From positions 10,086-74,085 of the forward strand of contig OY782758.1 of the NCBI GenBank assembly GCA_963678215.1: a stretch of DNA of 64,000 nucleotides. The letters run 5' to 3'. A program made the translations under genes and the position numbers. Shown here piece after piece: positions 19,089 to 28,769 of this stretch. Below the pieces are notes generated by a model. That model worked only from the letters and a program-made list of their open reading frames with translations, did no database searches and was not told the origin of the DNA. Position 1 is the stretch's first letter. Every line of letters starts with the position of its first letter. The stretch is from Sedimenticolaceae bacterium (GTDB taxonomy: Bacteria > Pseudomonadota > Gammaproteobacteria > Chromatiales > Chromatiaceae).

Positions 19089-20390
19089 CTACGGCTGATC
19101 AAGCATCTCCTGCAACGCGTGGGCGTATAAAGACAGGGCGTTAATTTGTTGGTTGAGTTTGTCCAAGGCTCGTTGGGCGGCTGGGTGATTCTTTTGTTGC
19201 TGTTGATCTTCAATGTATAGGCTTCTTGCTAACAGCGGCGAAAGGCTGATGGCGTAATTCTCCAGCGCTTTTCCCAGTTCCCTTATGGTGCGGTTCAGGC
19301 GGCTTTTCTTATCCAGTTTTTGGATGGCCTGGTTGAGATTGGCCGCCTGGGTGCGGAATTTCCTGAAGCGTTGCAATAGGGTGTCTATGGGTTCGCGTTG
19401 CGTGGTCAGATAAGTTTGCAAGGTGGATCTTTGCTGTTCGATTTGCGGGGCATCCGGGTAGAGTCGGCTGAGTGTTTCAAGCAGTTGTTCGGCCTGAACG
19501 ATGTTGCCGGTTTTGTGTGCTTGCAAGTGACGTTGGATGGCTTCTGAGTAAAGCGCAATGACTTGTTCTTTGGCTTGTTGCAGATGTGGCGTCTGATAGG
19601 TTTGTCGTATCGTCTGAACGTCCTGCGCATTCAGGATTTGGGGTTGGGTGGTTTGCGGTGCTATCTGGTCAAGCGGATGGCGCACCAGTTCCCGTGAATT
19701 GGAGGTGGTTGGGGATTCATCCGGCCCAATAGGGTTGACCGACCAGATCAACAATTCGCCGATAAGCACCACCACCAATGTGGAAATCAATGCGACACCG
19801 AGCGGGAGTGATGATTTCTTCGGGCTGGGTGGTTCAGCATCGAATTTCTCTTCTTCTGGTGCCGGATCGTCTGGCGGCGTCAGTTTACTCTCGATTTGTT
19901 GCGTAATCGCGTGTTGCAGCGTTTGCAGGTTGAATACGTCTTTTGGGATCTTTCGCGTCAGCAGGTAGCAGGCGCGCTCGCATCGATATAACAAACTTAA
20001 ATCCGCCTGGACCGGCTGGTCGGGAGGGATTTGCTCATTGACCCGACTGGCCATCCAGTTCAGCGCATTCGCCGCTGCCTGGGGTGCGTTTTTCCGGCCT
20101 CCGGTCTGTTGATGAAGAGCGACCAGAGTGATTTCCAGGCCGTTCGCCAGACCTTTGACGCCTTCGGTTTTCGCCAATGCTGTGGCGTAATAGATGGCGG
20201 CCAGTAGATTAAAGCCGGCTTCGCGCTCCAGTTGTTTGGCGTGTTGTTTGATTTTGTCCCAATCGGGGAGGCCCATCCGGTTGTTGATCTGATGACGTAT
20301 TGCCTGATAGTGGTCGTTGTCTTCAATTTGTTCCGGATCTGACGTCAGGCGCAAGTTATGGGACGCTGCATAAAAGCTTTCTTCTCTCAT
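19089..20390 (-). CDS. VasL-like T6SS-associated membrane protein (ImpA_N-like N-terminus, single TM)
   Basis: 433 aa immediately downstream of tssM, matching the position of vasL in the Vibrio cholerae vasJ-vasK-vasL order. The N-terminal region resembles an ImpA_N-type domain (DWDKIKQHAKQLEREAGFNLLAAIYYATAL). Central TM helix LPLGVALISTLVVVLIGELLIW. Confidence 0.45.
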   Translation of the reverse strand: MREESFYAASHNLRLTSDPEQIEDNDHYQAIRHQINNRMGLPDWDKIKQHAKQLEREAGFNLLAAIYYATALAKTEGVKGLANGLEITLVALHQQTGGRKNAPQAAANALNWMASRVNEQIPPDQPVQADLSLLYRCERACYLLTRKIPKDVFNLQTLQHAITQQIESKLTPPDDPAPEEEKFDAEPPSPKKSSLPLGVALISTLVVVLIGELLIWSVNPIGPDESPTTSNSRELVRHPLDQIAPQTTQPQILNAQDVQTIRQTYQTPHLQQAKEQVIALYSEAIQRHLQAHKTGNIVQAEQLLETLSRLYPDAPQIEQQRSTLQTYLTTQREPIDTLLQRFRKFRTQAANLNQAIQKLDKKSRLNRTIRELGKALENYAISLSPLLARSLYIEDQQQQKNHPAAQRALDKLNQQINALSLYAHALQEMLDQP

Positions 20391-20399
20391 AGCGTGGCC

Positions 20400-23300
20400 T
20401 TATCGGGTTGCGATAGTGGTGCCTTTGGCTGGCGTATATCGCTTCTTTAACAAAGTACGCGGCAGAGAGAAATTCTTGAAAAGCTGTCGAAGCAGAGGGC
20501 TGTTGCTTTTTTCTGAATGAATGCGGTAGCGCATCCGCCCTTTCCCTAATTGGAAGGTGATATCCAGCATATTATTGTCTGCGCCATTGATTTCCGCCTG
20601 ATCCAGTAAACGGAACCATGACCATGGTCCCTGGTGACGGAGAATCTGGCTGCGTCCCAGGCGACTGATCAGGGTTATTTTACTTTCCGCGCCTTTGCGC
20701 AGCGTGTTGGGCCAGATTAATTGGCTGGCGTGGGAGGGGCCATGATTATAGGAAATCAGTTGTCCGTCAATGTTGAGTACACTGCGCCGCTGGTTGGAGG
20801 ATAGGGCAAGCGGCTCCAGATTGAAGTTGATATTAAGCGCGCCGCGTGGATCGAAGAAACCGTCTTGTATGTCCCAGGCGGCTTTAAGCTGGTTCAACAT
20901 GTCAGTGTCCACCAGATAGTCTTCCGCTTCTTCGGAATACAAGGCACTCAGGTTATCTTCCAGGAACACTTTCAGGTACTTGGTGTAGAACTCACTAAGT
21001 GTGCCTTGTTGGCCGAAGAATTGTTCAAAGTCTTCCAGTGAGGCATCTATCTTGGCGGTCGGATTGAAAGGATAACGTTGGGCGAAACGCTCCTGGTAGA
21101 ACTGGTAGATCTCCTCATCCCATTTCTTTTCCAAGGCTTGCAGGGCTTTGACCAGCAAGACTTTCCAGGATTCCTGCGCGACGGTTTGTATTTGCGCAGA
21201 GAGAGGTTCCGGCAGGCCCGCAGCGACCCGTTCAAGCGCATAGATGGGGTCGGTGCCATCCAGTTGGAAACGGTTGCGCGCGGCTTTTAATGCGGCTCGA
21301 CCGCGATCCGGCGCATTCTGGATGCCAGCGATATAGTCATAGGTGGCGGTCAATGTTTGCATCAAGACTTCGTAATAAGGTGTTTCCTTGTCGCCTTTTT
21401 CGAGCAGGCTGAGCAGCCCTTTGAAGTTACGCAATATGCGTTTGGCCTCACGCCGGTTGGCGTCGTCAGCCAACAGTTTTTTCTCTGCTTCAATGTCCAG
21501 TGCCGGATAGATTTCGGCGTTTTGTTTAACGGCCTCAATCAAGCGGCGTAAGGGATCGGTTGGCCCAGTCAGTTTCTCCAGTACCTCGGATGCGTCACCG
21601 ATATGGTTAAAGTGTTTGACTTTTAACAGGCCTAAGGTGCGTTTCCAGGTGTCCAGATAGTCGTTGATATACAGTGAGCGGATGGCGTCTGAGAGTTGTT
21701 TTTTGTCTTCTTCACTGTATTTGACGGTATCACGTTCGCCCAGCACCCATTGGTCGATCACGGCGAGATCAATTACATTCTGATTTTCTTCGACGAAATA
21801 ATCTTTATAGGCTGATGCGGTGAAAATGGGCTGGATGGCGAATTCATCCGGTTGTTTGGGGTGATGCTGGTAGATGGTGTTGAAGGCTTCACCCATATGC
21901 TGGCGAATATCGACACCGCGATTTAATTCAATTTCCGAGCGTTGTTTGATGATTTGGTAGACCCGTTGCGGGGCGGGTAATTCGCCCAGTTCATTTTGGG
22001 CCTGGCGAACTTCCTCAGCATATTCGGGCAGATCGGATTCGACGTAATCCATGGCGTAGTCAAGATGCATCAACAATTGACGCTGGATGTCGCTTTGGCC
22101 TTCAAAGTATCGGTGCCACTTGGTTTCCATCCAGTTCAACACGATATGTTTGTGGCGGTTGCTTTGGTCTTCAATCATCCGGTATACGCGCAATGCGGAG
22201 AGCTTCTCACTGCTGCCGGGGGTGGCTTGGTTGATTTCTTCAATCAGGCCAGTACCCAGGGCGCGTAAATATCGGGACGATAGCAGGTTCAAATAGGTAT
22301 CTTCGACTTTCGGGCCAATGACGTGGCCTTGATACAGGCCCATGTCGGCGAGTAAAAACCATTGATCACGATACTGGCCGTAGGCCGAGGTGGCGGTGCG
22401 AATGTGGTTAAGCGGCTCCAACAGGTTTCGGCCAGTGACATCAATGCTTTCATCAATGGTGCTTTGCATGAACGCCTTGCTTTGTTCGAGCACCACCTGT
22501 GAGGCGTGAATATTTTTTTCATAATAAAAATGCCAGCCACCAACGACCAATATGCCGCCTAATCCGGCGACCGTGCTGGCCAGAACGAAAATGCGCCGTT
22601 TGTTGCGCGCCACACGCATATTGTCACCAGCAAGCCCGGCTTCCGGGTAGATCACTTGCTGGAACAGCGATTTGGAAAAGTAAGTGATGGAGCGTTGGAT
22701 GGATTTGGCGGCTTCGATCCGGGCAGGCAGGTTGAATGAGGCCGCCGAGGCCTGGACATAAGTATTTTGCGGTATGCCTTGCTGGTAAACCGAAGTGAGA
22801 TACAGGCCCCGCACCAGCGCCGCTGTGGCGTAACGGTCACTTTCCAGTATGTCGGACAGAAATTCGAGCAAGGTTTCTTTAATACCGGCCAGTTGTCGGC
22901 TGAAGGAGAACAAGGCATGGCGTGCCTTTTGGCTGTGCGTATTGGCTAAAGCATCAAAAATGGTGTCATTCAGATTTTGCAGGAAAGTGTCGTAATGTTG
23001 CTCCAGTTCTTCCAGCCAGTGGTCAGCATCGCGCAGGGAATCCATGGAGAAAGTGAAGCCGAAGGTTTCTTCGCGGGCTGAGCGCGGCAGGTTGTAGAAA
23101 AAATCGTCGAAGCCTTCAAGCAGGTCAAATTTGGTCAATACGATATAGACTGGCAGGCGGGTGCCCAGGGTTTCAATCAGGTCGCGCAATTTCACCCGCA
23201 ATAATTCTGCATAATGTTTGCGGTCGCTGACGCGCATCACCAGAATGGAAGGCAGATCAATGGTCAGCACAATGCCATTCAAGGGGCGACGACTGCGTTT

Positions 23301-23993
23301 GGTTTCCAGCCAGTGTATACAGTGCTCCCACACGCGTTGCGGGAAATTTTCATAGGTTTCATAGCCTGATGGTGTCTGATCGCTGATCAGTTCGCCGTCC
23401 GGGTCAATGATCACGGCGTCATTACTGATCCACCAGTCAATTTTGTAGGGCAGCTCCACCTGTTTGCGCTTTTTTTTGCTGCGGCTGTAGGTGCTTTGAG
23501 TGAAGTTTTGATCAGAGCGGTTGATCAGGCTGGTTTTGCCGGAGTTTTCCGCGCCGACCACCATATACCAGGGGAGTTTGTAGAGAAAATCCCGGGTACC
23601 GATGGTCTCCCGCATTTCCTTGAGGTTCTGGTTGAATTGGTTATCCAGTTCCTCCAGAAAAGGCATGACCGGGTCGCGTTCGTCGCGTTCCTGTTTCGCG
23701 CGCTCCTGTTCGATCTTTCTCAGTTTGCGTCGGGTATGGGCCGCGATGATCACGGTGAGCAATAAAAAGGCACCAAGCGTGATCAGACTTCTGACCAGAA
23801 TAGGCTCAAGGGGATATCCTCCGCTTATCTGCCATTTTGGCCCCAGCCACCACAGCAGCGTCAGACCAATCAACAGACCTAGGATGAATAAAACAGTCGC
23901 TGAGTTTTTGACATGCACGAACAGTGGTTTGATCCAGCCGAAGAGCTTACTGAGAAAACCGACGTTCGTCACAGAACTTGTATTTAAAGCCAT
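20400..23993 (-). CDS. tssM: Type VI secretion system membrane subunit TssM (IcmF family)
   Basis: 1197 aa. N-terminal TM helices, Walker A VVGAENSGKTSLINRS, a third TM helix around residue 470, and a long periplasmic IcmF-type C-terminal region. Confidence 0.9.
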   Translation of the reverse strand: MALNTSSVTNVGFLSKLFGWIKPLFVHVKNSATVLFILGLLIGLTLLWWLGPKWQISGGYPLEPILVRSLITLGAFLLLTVIIAAHTRRKLRKIEQERAKQERDERDPVMPFLEELDNQFNQNLKEMRETIGTRDFLYKLPWYMVVGAENSGKTSLINRSDQNFTQSTYSRSKKKRKQVELPYKIDWWISNDAVIIDPDGELISDQTPSGYETYENFPQRVWEHCIHWLETKRSRRPLNGIVLTIDLPSILVMRVSDRKHYAELLRVKLRDLIETLGTRLPVYIVLTKFDLLEGFDDFFYNLPRSAREETFGFTFSMDSLRDADHWLEELEQHYDTFLQNLNDTIFDALANTHSQKARHALFSFSRQLAGIKETLLEFLSDILESDRYATAALVRGLYLTSVYQQGIPQNTYVQASAASFNLPARIEAAKSIQRSITYFSKSLFQQVIYPEAGLAGDNMRVARNKRRIFVLASTVAGLGGILVVGGWHFYYEKNIHASQVVLEQSKAFMQSTIDESIDVTGRNLLEPLNHIRTATSAYGQYRDQWFLLADMGLYQGHVIGPKVEDTYLNLLSSRYLRALGTGLIEEINQATPGSSEKLSALRVYRMIEDQSNRHKHIVLNWMETKWHRYFEGQSDIQRQLLMHLDYAMDYVESDLPEYAEEVRQAQNELGELPAPQRVYQIIKQRSEIELNRGVDIRQHMGEAFNTIYQHHPKQPDEFAIQPIFTASAYKDYFVEENQNVIDLAVIDQWVLGERDTVKYSEEDKKQLSDAIRSLYINDYLDTWKRTLGLLKVKHFNHIGDASEVLEKLTGPTDPLRRLIEAVKQNAEIYPALDIEAEKKLLADDANRREAKRILRNFKGLLSLLEKGDKETPYYEVLMQTLTATYDYIAGIQNAPDRGRAALKAARNRFQLDGTDPIYALERVAAGLPEPLSAQIQTVAQESWKVLLVKALQALEKKWDEEIYQFYQERFAQRYPFNPTAKIDASLEDFEQFFGQQGTLSEFYTKYLKVFLEDNLSALYSEEAEDYLVDTDMLNQLKAAWDIQDGFFDPRGALNINFNLEPLALSSNQRRSVLNIDGQLISYNHGPSHASQLIWPNTLRKGAESKITLISRLGRSQILRHQGPWSWFRLLDQAEINGADNNMLDITFQLGKGRMRYRIHSEKSNSPLLRQLFKNFSLPRTLLKKRYTPAKGTTIATR

Positions 23994-25421
23994 TTATCGT
24001 TCTCCTAGGATGGATTGCACGCTTTGCAGATAGTCTGGTTCCCATTCGCTAACCGATAAGGTTTTCATGTGCTCCGGGACAGCAGTCAGGAGGTCTTTGC
24101 CGACTTGTTGCAGGCCAGCCGCTTGCAATTGTTCAGCCGCTAATAATTTCAAATAATGTTGTTGACGCAAATTGCCCGCATTCCGTTGTTGTTGTTCGAC
24201 TTGCTCCAGTACAGCGCTAATGCCTTGGTTTTCGCGCAGTTCATGCCAGGTTGCTTGCAGGGCTGACCATTCCACATCCAGCGGGCTGGGGTTGTGGGGG
24301 GAATCTGGTGCCTGGATGAGCTGTAATACTTCGTTAAGGTAAGGTTCATCCAAATAAGGTAAACCACCGTCAAATTTGGCCTGGGTTAAAGCTGGCAAAC
24401 GTTCCAATAACGCCAGAATCATGCGCAGGATAGCCTGAGCGGCGGATGGATAACCTAAGAATTGGGTGGTCACCGCTGTATGTAAGGAGCCTGTCAGCCA
24501 GAATGGACTGGCGGTGACGCTTTTTTCAATGTTGCGTAATAACTCAAGGCTGTATTTTCCTGAGTTCATTTGATCGACATATCCATTGATAAGGTCAACT
24601 GGCGGGGGTGCCAGTTCACTTTCGCCATGCGCATTGAGAGGGGGAGTGGATTGCAGGCCGGACCAGAGCGCATAGCGTCGGATTTGATAGCCCAATGGGT
24701 CAGAGGTATCTTGTTGGTTGATAAGGTCGCCCAGGCTCAGCAAAAGTCGTTTTATTTGACGTTCATCGCCGAGATCGGCCAATTTCGGCGGTGTCTGGTC
24801 GGTGGAATTCGTCTCGCTGGATGTCGTAAGTGGCTGTCCTGCGGTGGTATGGGTACTTGCCGATGTTTCTTGAGCGGGTTTAATCGCTTTCAAGCGGCCC
24901 GTCAGTTTTTTCAATCCCGGGGTGAAGGCTTTTTGTTGGGCTTGTTGTTGGAGCGCTGTACAGGCTTCCTCCAGTGCTTCGTAGTGGCCGGCTGTTAAGG
25001 TGTTCGTATCACCCAGGATACGAGCCGCTCCCTGATCGATTCTGAACAGAATTTGCTCGACCAGTTTTTTACGATATGGCGTATGCGCCTCGCCAGGTCT
25101 TGGGTGGCCGTCAATCCAATATTGCGTAATGAAGCCGTTTAACAGTTGCAGGCTGTCCAGCAGGCTGGCGATGTCGCGTTTATTTAGCCAGCAAGTGATC
25201 AGGTGCAGCAGTACGCGATAATGTTTGCATTGGCTGCGTAATATCTGAGTGCATAAGGCTTCGACTTTAGACCAATCAATGCTGTTCTGGTGTAGTGAAC
25301 CATATTTCAGCATGATTTCTTCGAGTTCTTCCAGCAGTGCGTCGTCTTCTTCGCAAATGCCTGTGGGACGCCCTGCGTCAATTGGCGCAAGTAATGTTTC
25401 AAGCATGTTAGTCCTTGTCAA
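23994..25421 (-). CDS. tssA: Type VI secretion system protein TssA (ImpA N-terminal domain)
   Basis: 475 aa with an ImpA_N-type N-terminus: LLAPIDAGRPTGICEEDDALLEELEEI...IDWSKVEALCTQILRSQCKHYRVLLHLI. Its stop abuts the tssM start. Confidence 0.75.
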   Translation of the reverse strand: MTRTNMLETLLAPIDAGRPTGICEEDDALLEELEEIMLKYGSLHQNSIDWSKVEALCTQILRSQCKHYRVLLHLITCWLNKRDIASLLDSLQLLNGFITQYWIDGHPRPGEAHTPYRKKLVEQILFRIDQGAARILGDTNTLTAGHYEALEEACTALQQQAQQKAFTPGLKKLTGRLKAIKPAQETSASTHTTAGQPLTTSSETNSTDQTPPKLADLGDERQIKRLLLSLGDLINQQDTSDPLGYQIRRYALWSGLQSTPPLNAHGESELAPPPVDLINGYVDQMNSGKYSLELLRNIEKSVTASPFWLTGSLHTAVTTQFLGYPSAAQAILRMILALLERLPALTQAKFDGGLPYLDEPYLNEVLQLIQAPDSPHNPSPLDVEWSALQATWHELRENQGISAVLEQVEQQQRNAGNLRQQHYLKLLAAEQLQAAGLQQVGKDLLTAVPEHMKTLSVSEWEPDYLQSVQSILGER

Positions 25422-26160
25422 GAAAGTATGGATTGGCTGAGGTTCTTAACAGGCGGTTGAGGGCCGGATTTTCCAGCGGCATTTCACCCAGGCGCATTGT
25501 AAACAGGAAATACCTATATTTCCTAAGTATTTTTGTGCGGAGCCTTTAGTGATTGAAGCGTGTGTTTTGGAGGAAATGAGCCAGATGATCTGCTATGCGC
25601 GACAAAATGTGTAGATGTTGCTGATGCGGAATAATCTGGCATCCGGTTATGCTGATTTATCCGTTGAATTTCGAAAGACAGGTTTGGTCTCACTTATGCC
25701 AAAGCCTGTTTACAGATGCCTCAATTCTTCCATTGACACGCGTCGGTCAAACCGACCACAGTTTGCTGCGTATGCGCGCTGCCGCAGAAAAATATACCAT
25801 CCGGCAGAATAATCGCCATTACCGCATCGCGCTGTTTGGCGTTGCCTTCCGCGTAGTTTTTACCTAATTTGCCTGAATTCAGGTTGATCTTAGAGAACAG
25901 CCCTTAAAATTGAATCGGTCAATCATCATGTTCAGTACGCGCCATCTCCGCGAGATTGTCTCAGAGATTTCAGGATGAATCACATAATGCGCTTTGCAGC
26001 GCATTTGTTGCTGGCAGATTCAATTTGCAAGTGCAACGCATAGTCTTCAGTAGTCACTATGGTCTGTCATCACGCTTTGGCGCAAGCGGAATTGATCACC
26101 CGGTATCATCAGCGCCAAGCTACTTGAGCATTGCCCTGATGACCTGCGCATGCGCTTGAG

Positions 26161-26470
26161 TCCTGAAGCGCTTTATCAATGGATTTACGACGACGCCAAA
26201 GACGGTGGCACTTGGCATGAACATCTTTGGTGTAGACGCCACAAACCCCGTCCACATTGGCGTTATCGTGTTTGCCTGGGCGTGAGGATTTGGCGACGCA
26301 TACGGATCGTAAGAGCCGACTGCTGACCCTTATTCACCTTGGCAACGTGGCACGAATGAACAAATCAATGGCTTATTGCGGTGTTACTTCCCCAAGGAAA
26401 CGGGTTGTCCGGTATCGGATTGGGCACTGGATGACGTGGTATTGAATATTCAGAAGAGACTCATGCGGAA
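26161..26470 (+). pseudogene. IS30-family transposase relic (internally deleted, frameshifted)
   Basis: Fragments LSPEALYQWIYDDAKDGG, DRKSRLLTLI and, in another frame, [23 protein letters not shown]...LDDVVLNIQKRL match conserved IS30 InsI blocks ([34 protein letters not shown]). They are not in one frame and large parts are missing. Confidence 0.6.
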
Positions 26471-26605
26471 CAAAAGGAGAACAATTAGAAAGGACTCGCG
26501 CGCGGTTAATTGGATGCCAACTTGCAGGAAAAAAGAGGTTTTCTTATGAGAAACAAACGGTTAAATGAAAAATTTGGAAAAATTCCCGCAGAATTAGCAG
26601 GAAAC

Positions 26606-26655
26606 CTTGTAATCTTGTTTTGTGGGACGAAGTCCCTCAAAACAGGCTGTTAGCA
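26606..26655 (+). other. attC-like site preceding the first intact cassette
   Basis: CTTGTAATCTTGTTTTGTGGGAC GAA GTCCCTCAAAACAGGCT GTTAGCA. The arms TGTTTTGTGGGAC / GTCCCTCAAAACA pair with one mismatch. The R' core GTTAGCA is at 26649-26655. The R'' is degenerate (TGTAAT). Confidence 0.45.
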
Positions 26656-26684
26656 TTTTCCAATAGTCAGTCGATATAAATAAG

Positions 26685-27365
26685 ATGAAAATCGAATACG
26701 ACATTGCTATTTCATTTGCAGGTGAACAAAGGCCTATAGCAAAAAGAATTAATGATGTATTGAAGGAAAATGGGATTTCTACATTTTATGATGAAGATAA
26801 AATAGTCGAATTATGGGGAAAAAATCTAGCGGAGCACTTGCCCACAATTTATTCCGAAACAGCTCGTTTTGTTTTATTGATATTATCTGAGGAGTATTTA
26901 AATAAAGTATGGACCAAGGTAGAAAGGCGTGCTGCCATTTCTAGAATGATAAGAAGCAGCAATGAATATGTTCTTATCTATAAGGTAGGTGATGTGTGTA
27001 TGGAAAATGCTCCTGGCCTTAGTCGTGATACCGCGTATATTTCAGACTCACTTAAAAATCCAGAAGAAGTTGCATTATTAATTATGAAAAAGCTTGGACT
27101 TAGCTACTCATTGGAGGAACTCAAAAGCGTAATCCCAGATATAGCTAACAAGAGATTGCTTGTAGAGTCAAATGAGAAACAATTTCAAGACGGGTTTGTT
27201 CCATACATTACACTAAGAAACGAAGTATATCAACACTGCCGAGGGGTGGATTTGAAGATAATTGAAAAAATACTATATGATTTTCTGAATAGCCAAGTTA
27301 ACAGAGGCTTGTACGAATACTATGGTGGCGCTGTTTCTGGTTATCGCATCCCGAATAAAAGCTAA
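26685..27365 (+). CDS. TIR-domain protein (cassette 1)
   Basis: 226 aa with the bacterial TIR pattern YDIAISFAGEQRPIAKRINDVLKENGISTFYDED...FVLLILSEEYLNKVWTKVERRAA. The Glu in W-x3-E is the candidate catalytic residue. The C-terminal ~90 aa are unassigned. Confidence 0.7.
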   Translation: MKIEYDIAISFAGEQRPIAKRINDVLKENGISTFYDEDKIVELWGKNLAEHLPTIYSETARFVLLILSEEYLNKVWTKVERRAAISRMIRSSNEYVLIYKVGDVCMENAPGLSRDTAYISDSLKNPEEVALLIMKKLGLSYSLEELKSVIPDIANKRLLVESNEKQFQDGFVPYITLRNEVYQHCRGVDLKIIEKILYDFLNSQVNRGLYEYYGGAVSGYRIPNKS

Positions 27366-27417
27366 CAATTAAAATACACCCGACCTCCTTCGTCGGCGGG
27401 TGATTTAAGCGTTAGAG
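27361..27417 (+). other. attC site 1
   Basis: GCTAAC (27361) overlaps the stop; arms CACCCGAC / GTCGGCGGGTG; GTTAGAG at 27411-27417. Confidence 0.65.
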
Positions 27418-27427
27418 GTAAAAGAAG

Positions 27428-27877
27428 TTGAGGTATGAATGGTCAAAACTGAATAAGCAGCAAAAAGGAACTTATGGTGAATATTTGGCTAAAATGGAAT
27501 TTACTATGTATGGTTTGTCAGTTTTCACGGCAGAAGTAGATGATAGGGGAATTGACTTCGTGATACGTAATAACAATGGGAATCACTTTGATGTTCAAGT
27601 TAAAACTATTACAGGCAAAAATTACACATACATATCGGAGTCAAAGTTCAATAAGAACCTTTTAGTTTGTTTGTTAATTTTAAAAGAACACATGGAACCA
27701 TCTATGTTCTTAATTAAAGGCTCAGACTGGCATAGTGATGATTCAGGTCTGTTAAATTACAAACATTACCCAAGTTCAAAGGAAGCAGAATACGGCATCA
27801 ACATTACAAAAAGCAGGCTTAATCACTTACAAAAGTATGAATTTAAGAATGTTGTGTCATCAATTTCAGGCCTCTAA
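27428..27877 (+). CDS. Small PD-(D/E)xK-type nuclease-like protein (cassette 2)
   Basis: 149 aa with TTG start. The pattern GTYGEYLAKMEF...EVDDRGIDFVI...FDVQVKT fits E...D...(D/E)xK, a Hjc/DUF4365-like arrangement. Confidence 0.5.
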   Translation: MRYEWSKLNKQQKGTYGEYLAKMEFTMYGLSVFTAEVDDRGIDFVIRNNNGNHFDVQVKTITGKNYTYISESKFNKNLLVCLLILKEHMEPSMFLIKGSDWHSDDSGLLNYKHYPSSKEAEYGINITKSRLNHLQKYEFKNVVSSISGL

Positions 27878-27949
27878 CAATCACATTAAATACGCTCCCT
27901 CCGGTCGCCGGATGCTCGCAAGCTCGCACCGTTTATGTGGGCGTTAGCC
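27872..27949 (+). other. attC site 2
   Basis: TCTAAC at 27873-27878 overlaps the stop; inner CCGGTCGCCGG region; GTTAGCC at 27943-27949. Confidence 0.6.
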
Positions 27950-27959
27950 TCAGGAAAGA

Positions 27960-28769
27960 ATGGACAGAATACCACCTTTTGATGCACAACACTTAAAAGC
28001 TGTCTGCCGAGTCCTAGCGGATACAGAACGAGGATTAAGTGGAAGCGAGATAGAATATCTATTGCAAGATTGTAATATGCAAGATGTTGCGCCGACTATG
28101 ACGAAATGGAAAAGGCTATTCAATGCTATGGTAGAAGCTCAAAATACGCATCAGGTTGGAAATCACCTAATCATGTTTGTAAATCGAGCCATGAATCCCG
28201 TTTCATACTCTAGCAGTAAAGCAGCCTTTGATTGGCGAAGAAGTGAATTGAATGTTGTATTAGCATTTTCCGGTTACTCTGTGCGTGAAGACGGAAAGGT
28301 TGCTCGTTCAGCAAAGGAATCAACTATTTCTGGTGCACGGGCTAAAGCTAACGCACTCAAGCATGCACTAGAAGAACGAAACGCTCATCAGCAAGTTTTC
28401 ACATATTGTAGGGCTGAACTTGTAGATCAAAATTACTTTCATGCTGTACTTGAGGCCATTAAAGGCATAGCAGAGCGTATTCGTTCAATCTCTGGACTTT
28501 CTACCGATGGTGCAGAATTGGTAAACACCGCTTTCTCGGTAAAAGCTCCGCTGATTTCAATAAATCCTCTATCCACAGAAACAGAAATAAGTGAGCAAAA
28601 AGGATTTAGTAATATTCTTGTCGGCCTTTTTGGCGCAGTACGAAACCCAACAGCACATGCACCAAAGACCATGTGGGAGATCACTGAGCAAGATGCATTG
28701 GATGTTCTATCAATGGTTTCATATATTCACCGAAAACTTGATAAAGCAAAGGCTAACAAGGCAAATTAA
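27960..28769 (+). CDS. TIGR02391-like protein with C-terminal HEPN-type Rx4H motif (cassette 3)
   Basis: 269 aa. C-terminal FHAVLEAIKGIAERIR...GFSNILVGLFGAVRNPTAHAPK...DALDVLSMVSYIHRKLD matches my recollection of the TIGR02391 family. RNPTAH is the R-x4-H motif. Confidence 0.6.
   Translation: MDRIPPFDAQHLKAVCRVLADTERGLSGSEIEYLLQDCNMQDVAPTMTKWKRLFNAMVEAQNTHQVGNHLIMFVNRAMNPVSYSSSKAAFDWRRSELNVVLAFSGYSVREDGKVARSAKESTISGARAKANALKHALEERNAHQQVFTYCRAELVDQNYFHAVLEAIKGIAERIRSISGLSTDGAELVNTAFSVKAPLISINPLSTETEISEQKGFSNILVGLFGAVRNPTAHAPKTMWEITEQDALDVLSMVSYIHRKLDKAKANKAN

Noticed and set aside
25505-25524. Inverted repeat AGGAAATA-CCTA-TATTTCCT upstream of tssA, and a search for a sigma54 promoter (TGGCAC-N5-TTGC)
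   Set aside because: No convincing -24/-12 element was found. An 8-bp palindrome alone is too weak to call an operator.
25440-26684. Search for an integron integrase (intI), attI or Pc promoter at the expected head of the array
   Set aside because: No ORF longer than about 70 codons is present. None of the six-frame fragments shows tyrosine-recombinase motifs (R...HxxR...Y). I recognised only IS30-family fragments and an unassignable 60-codon piece.
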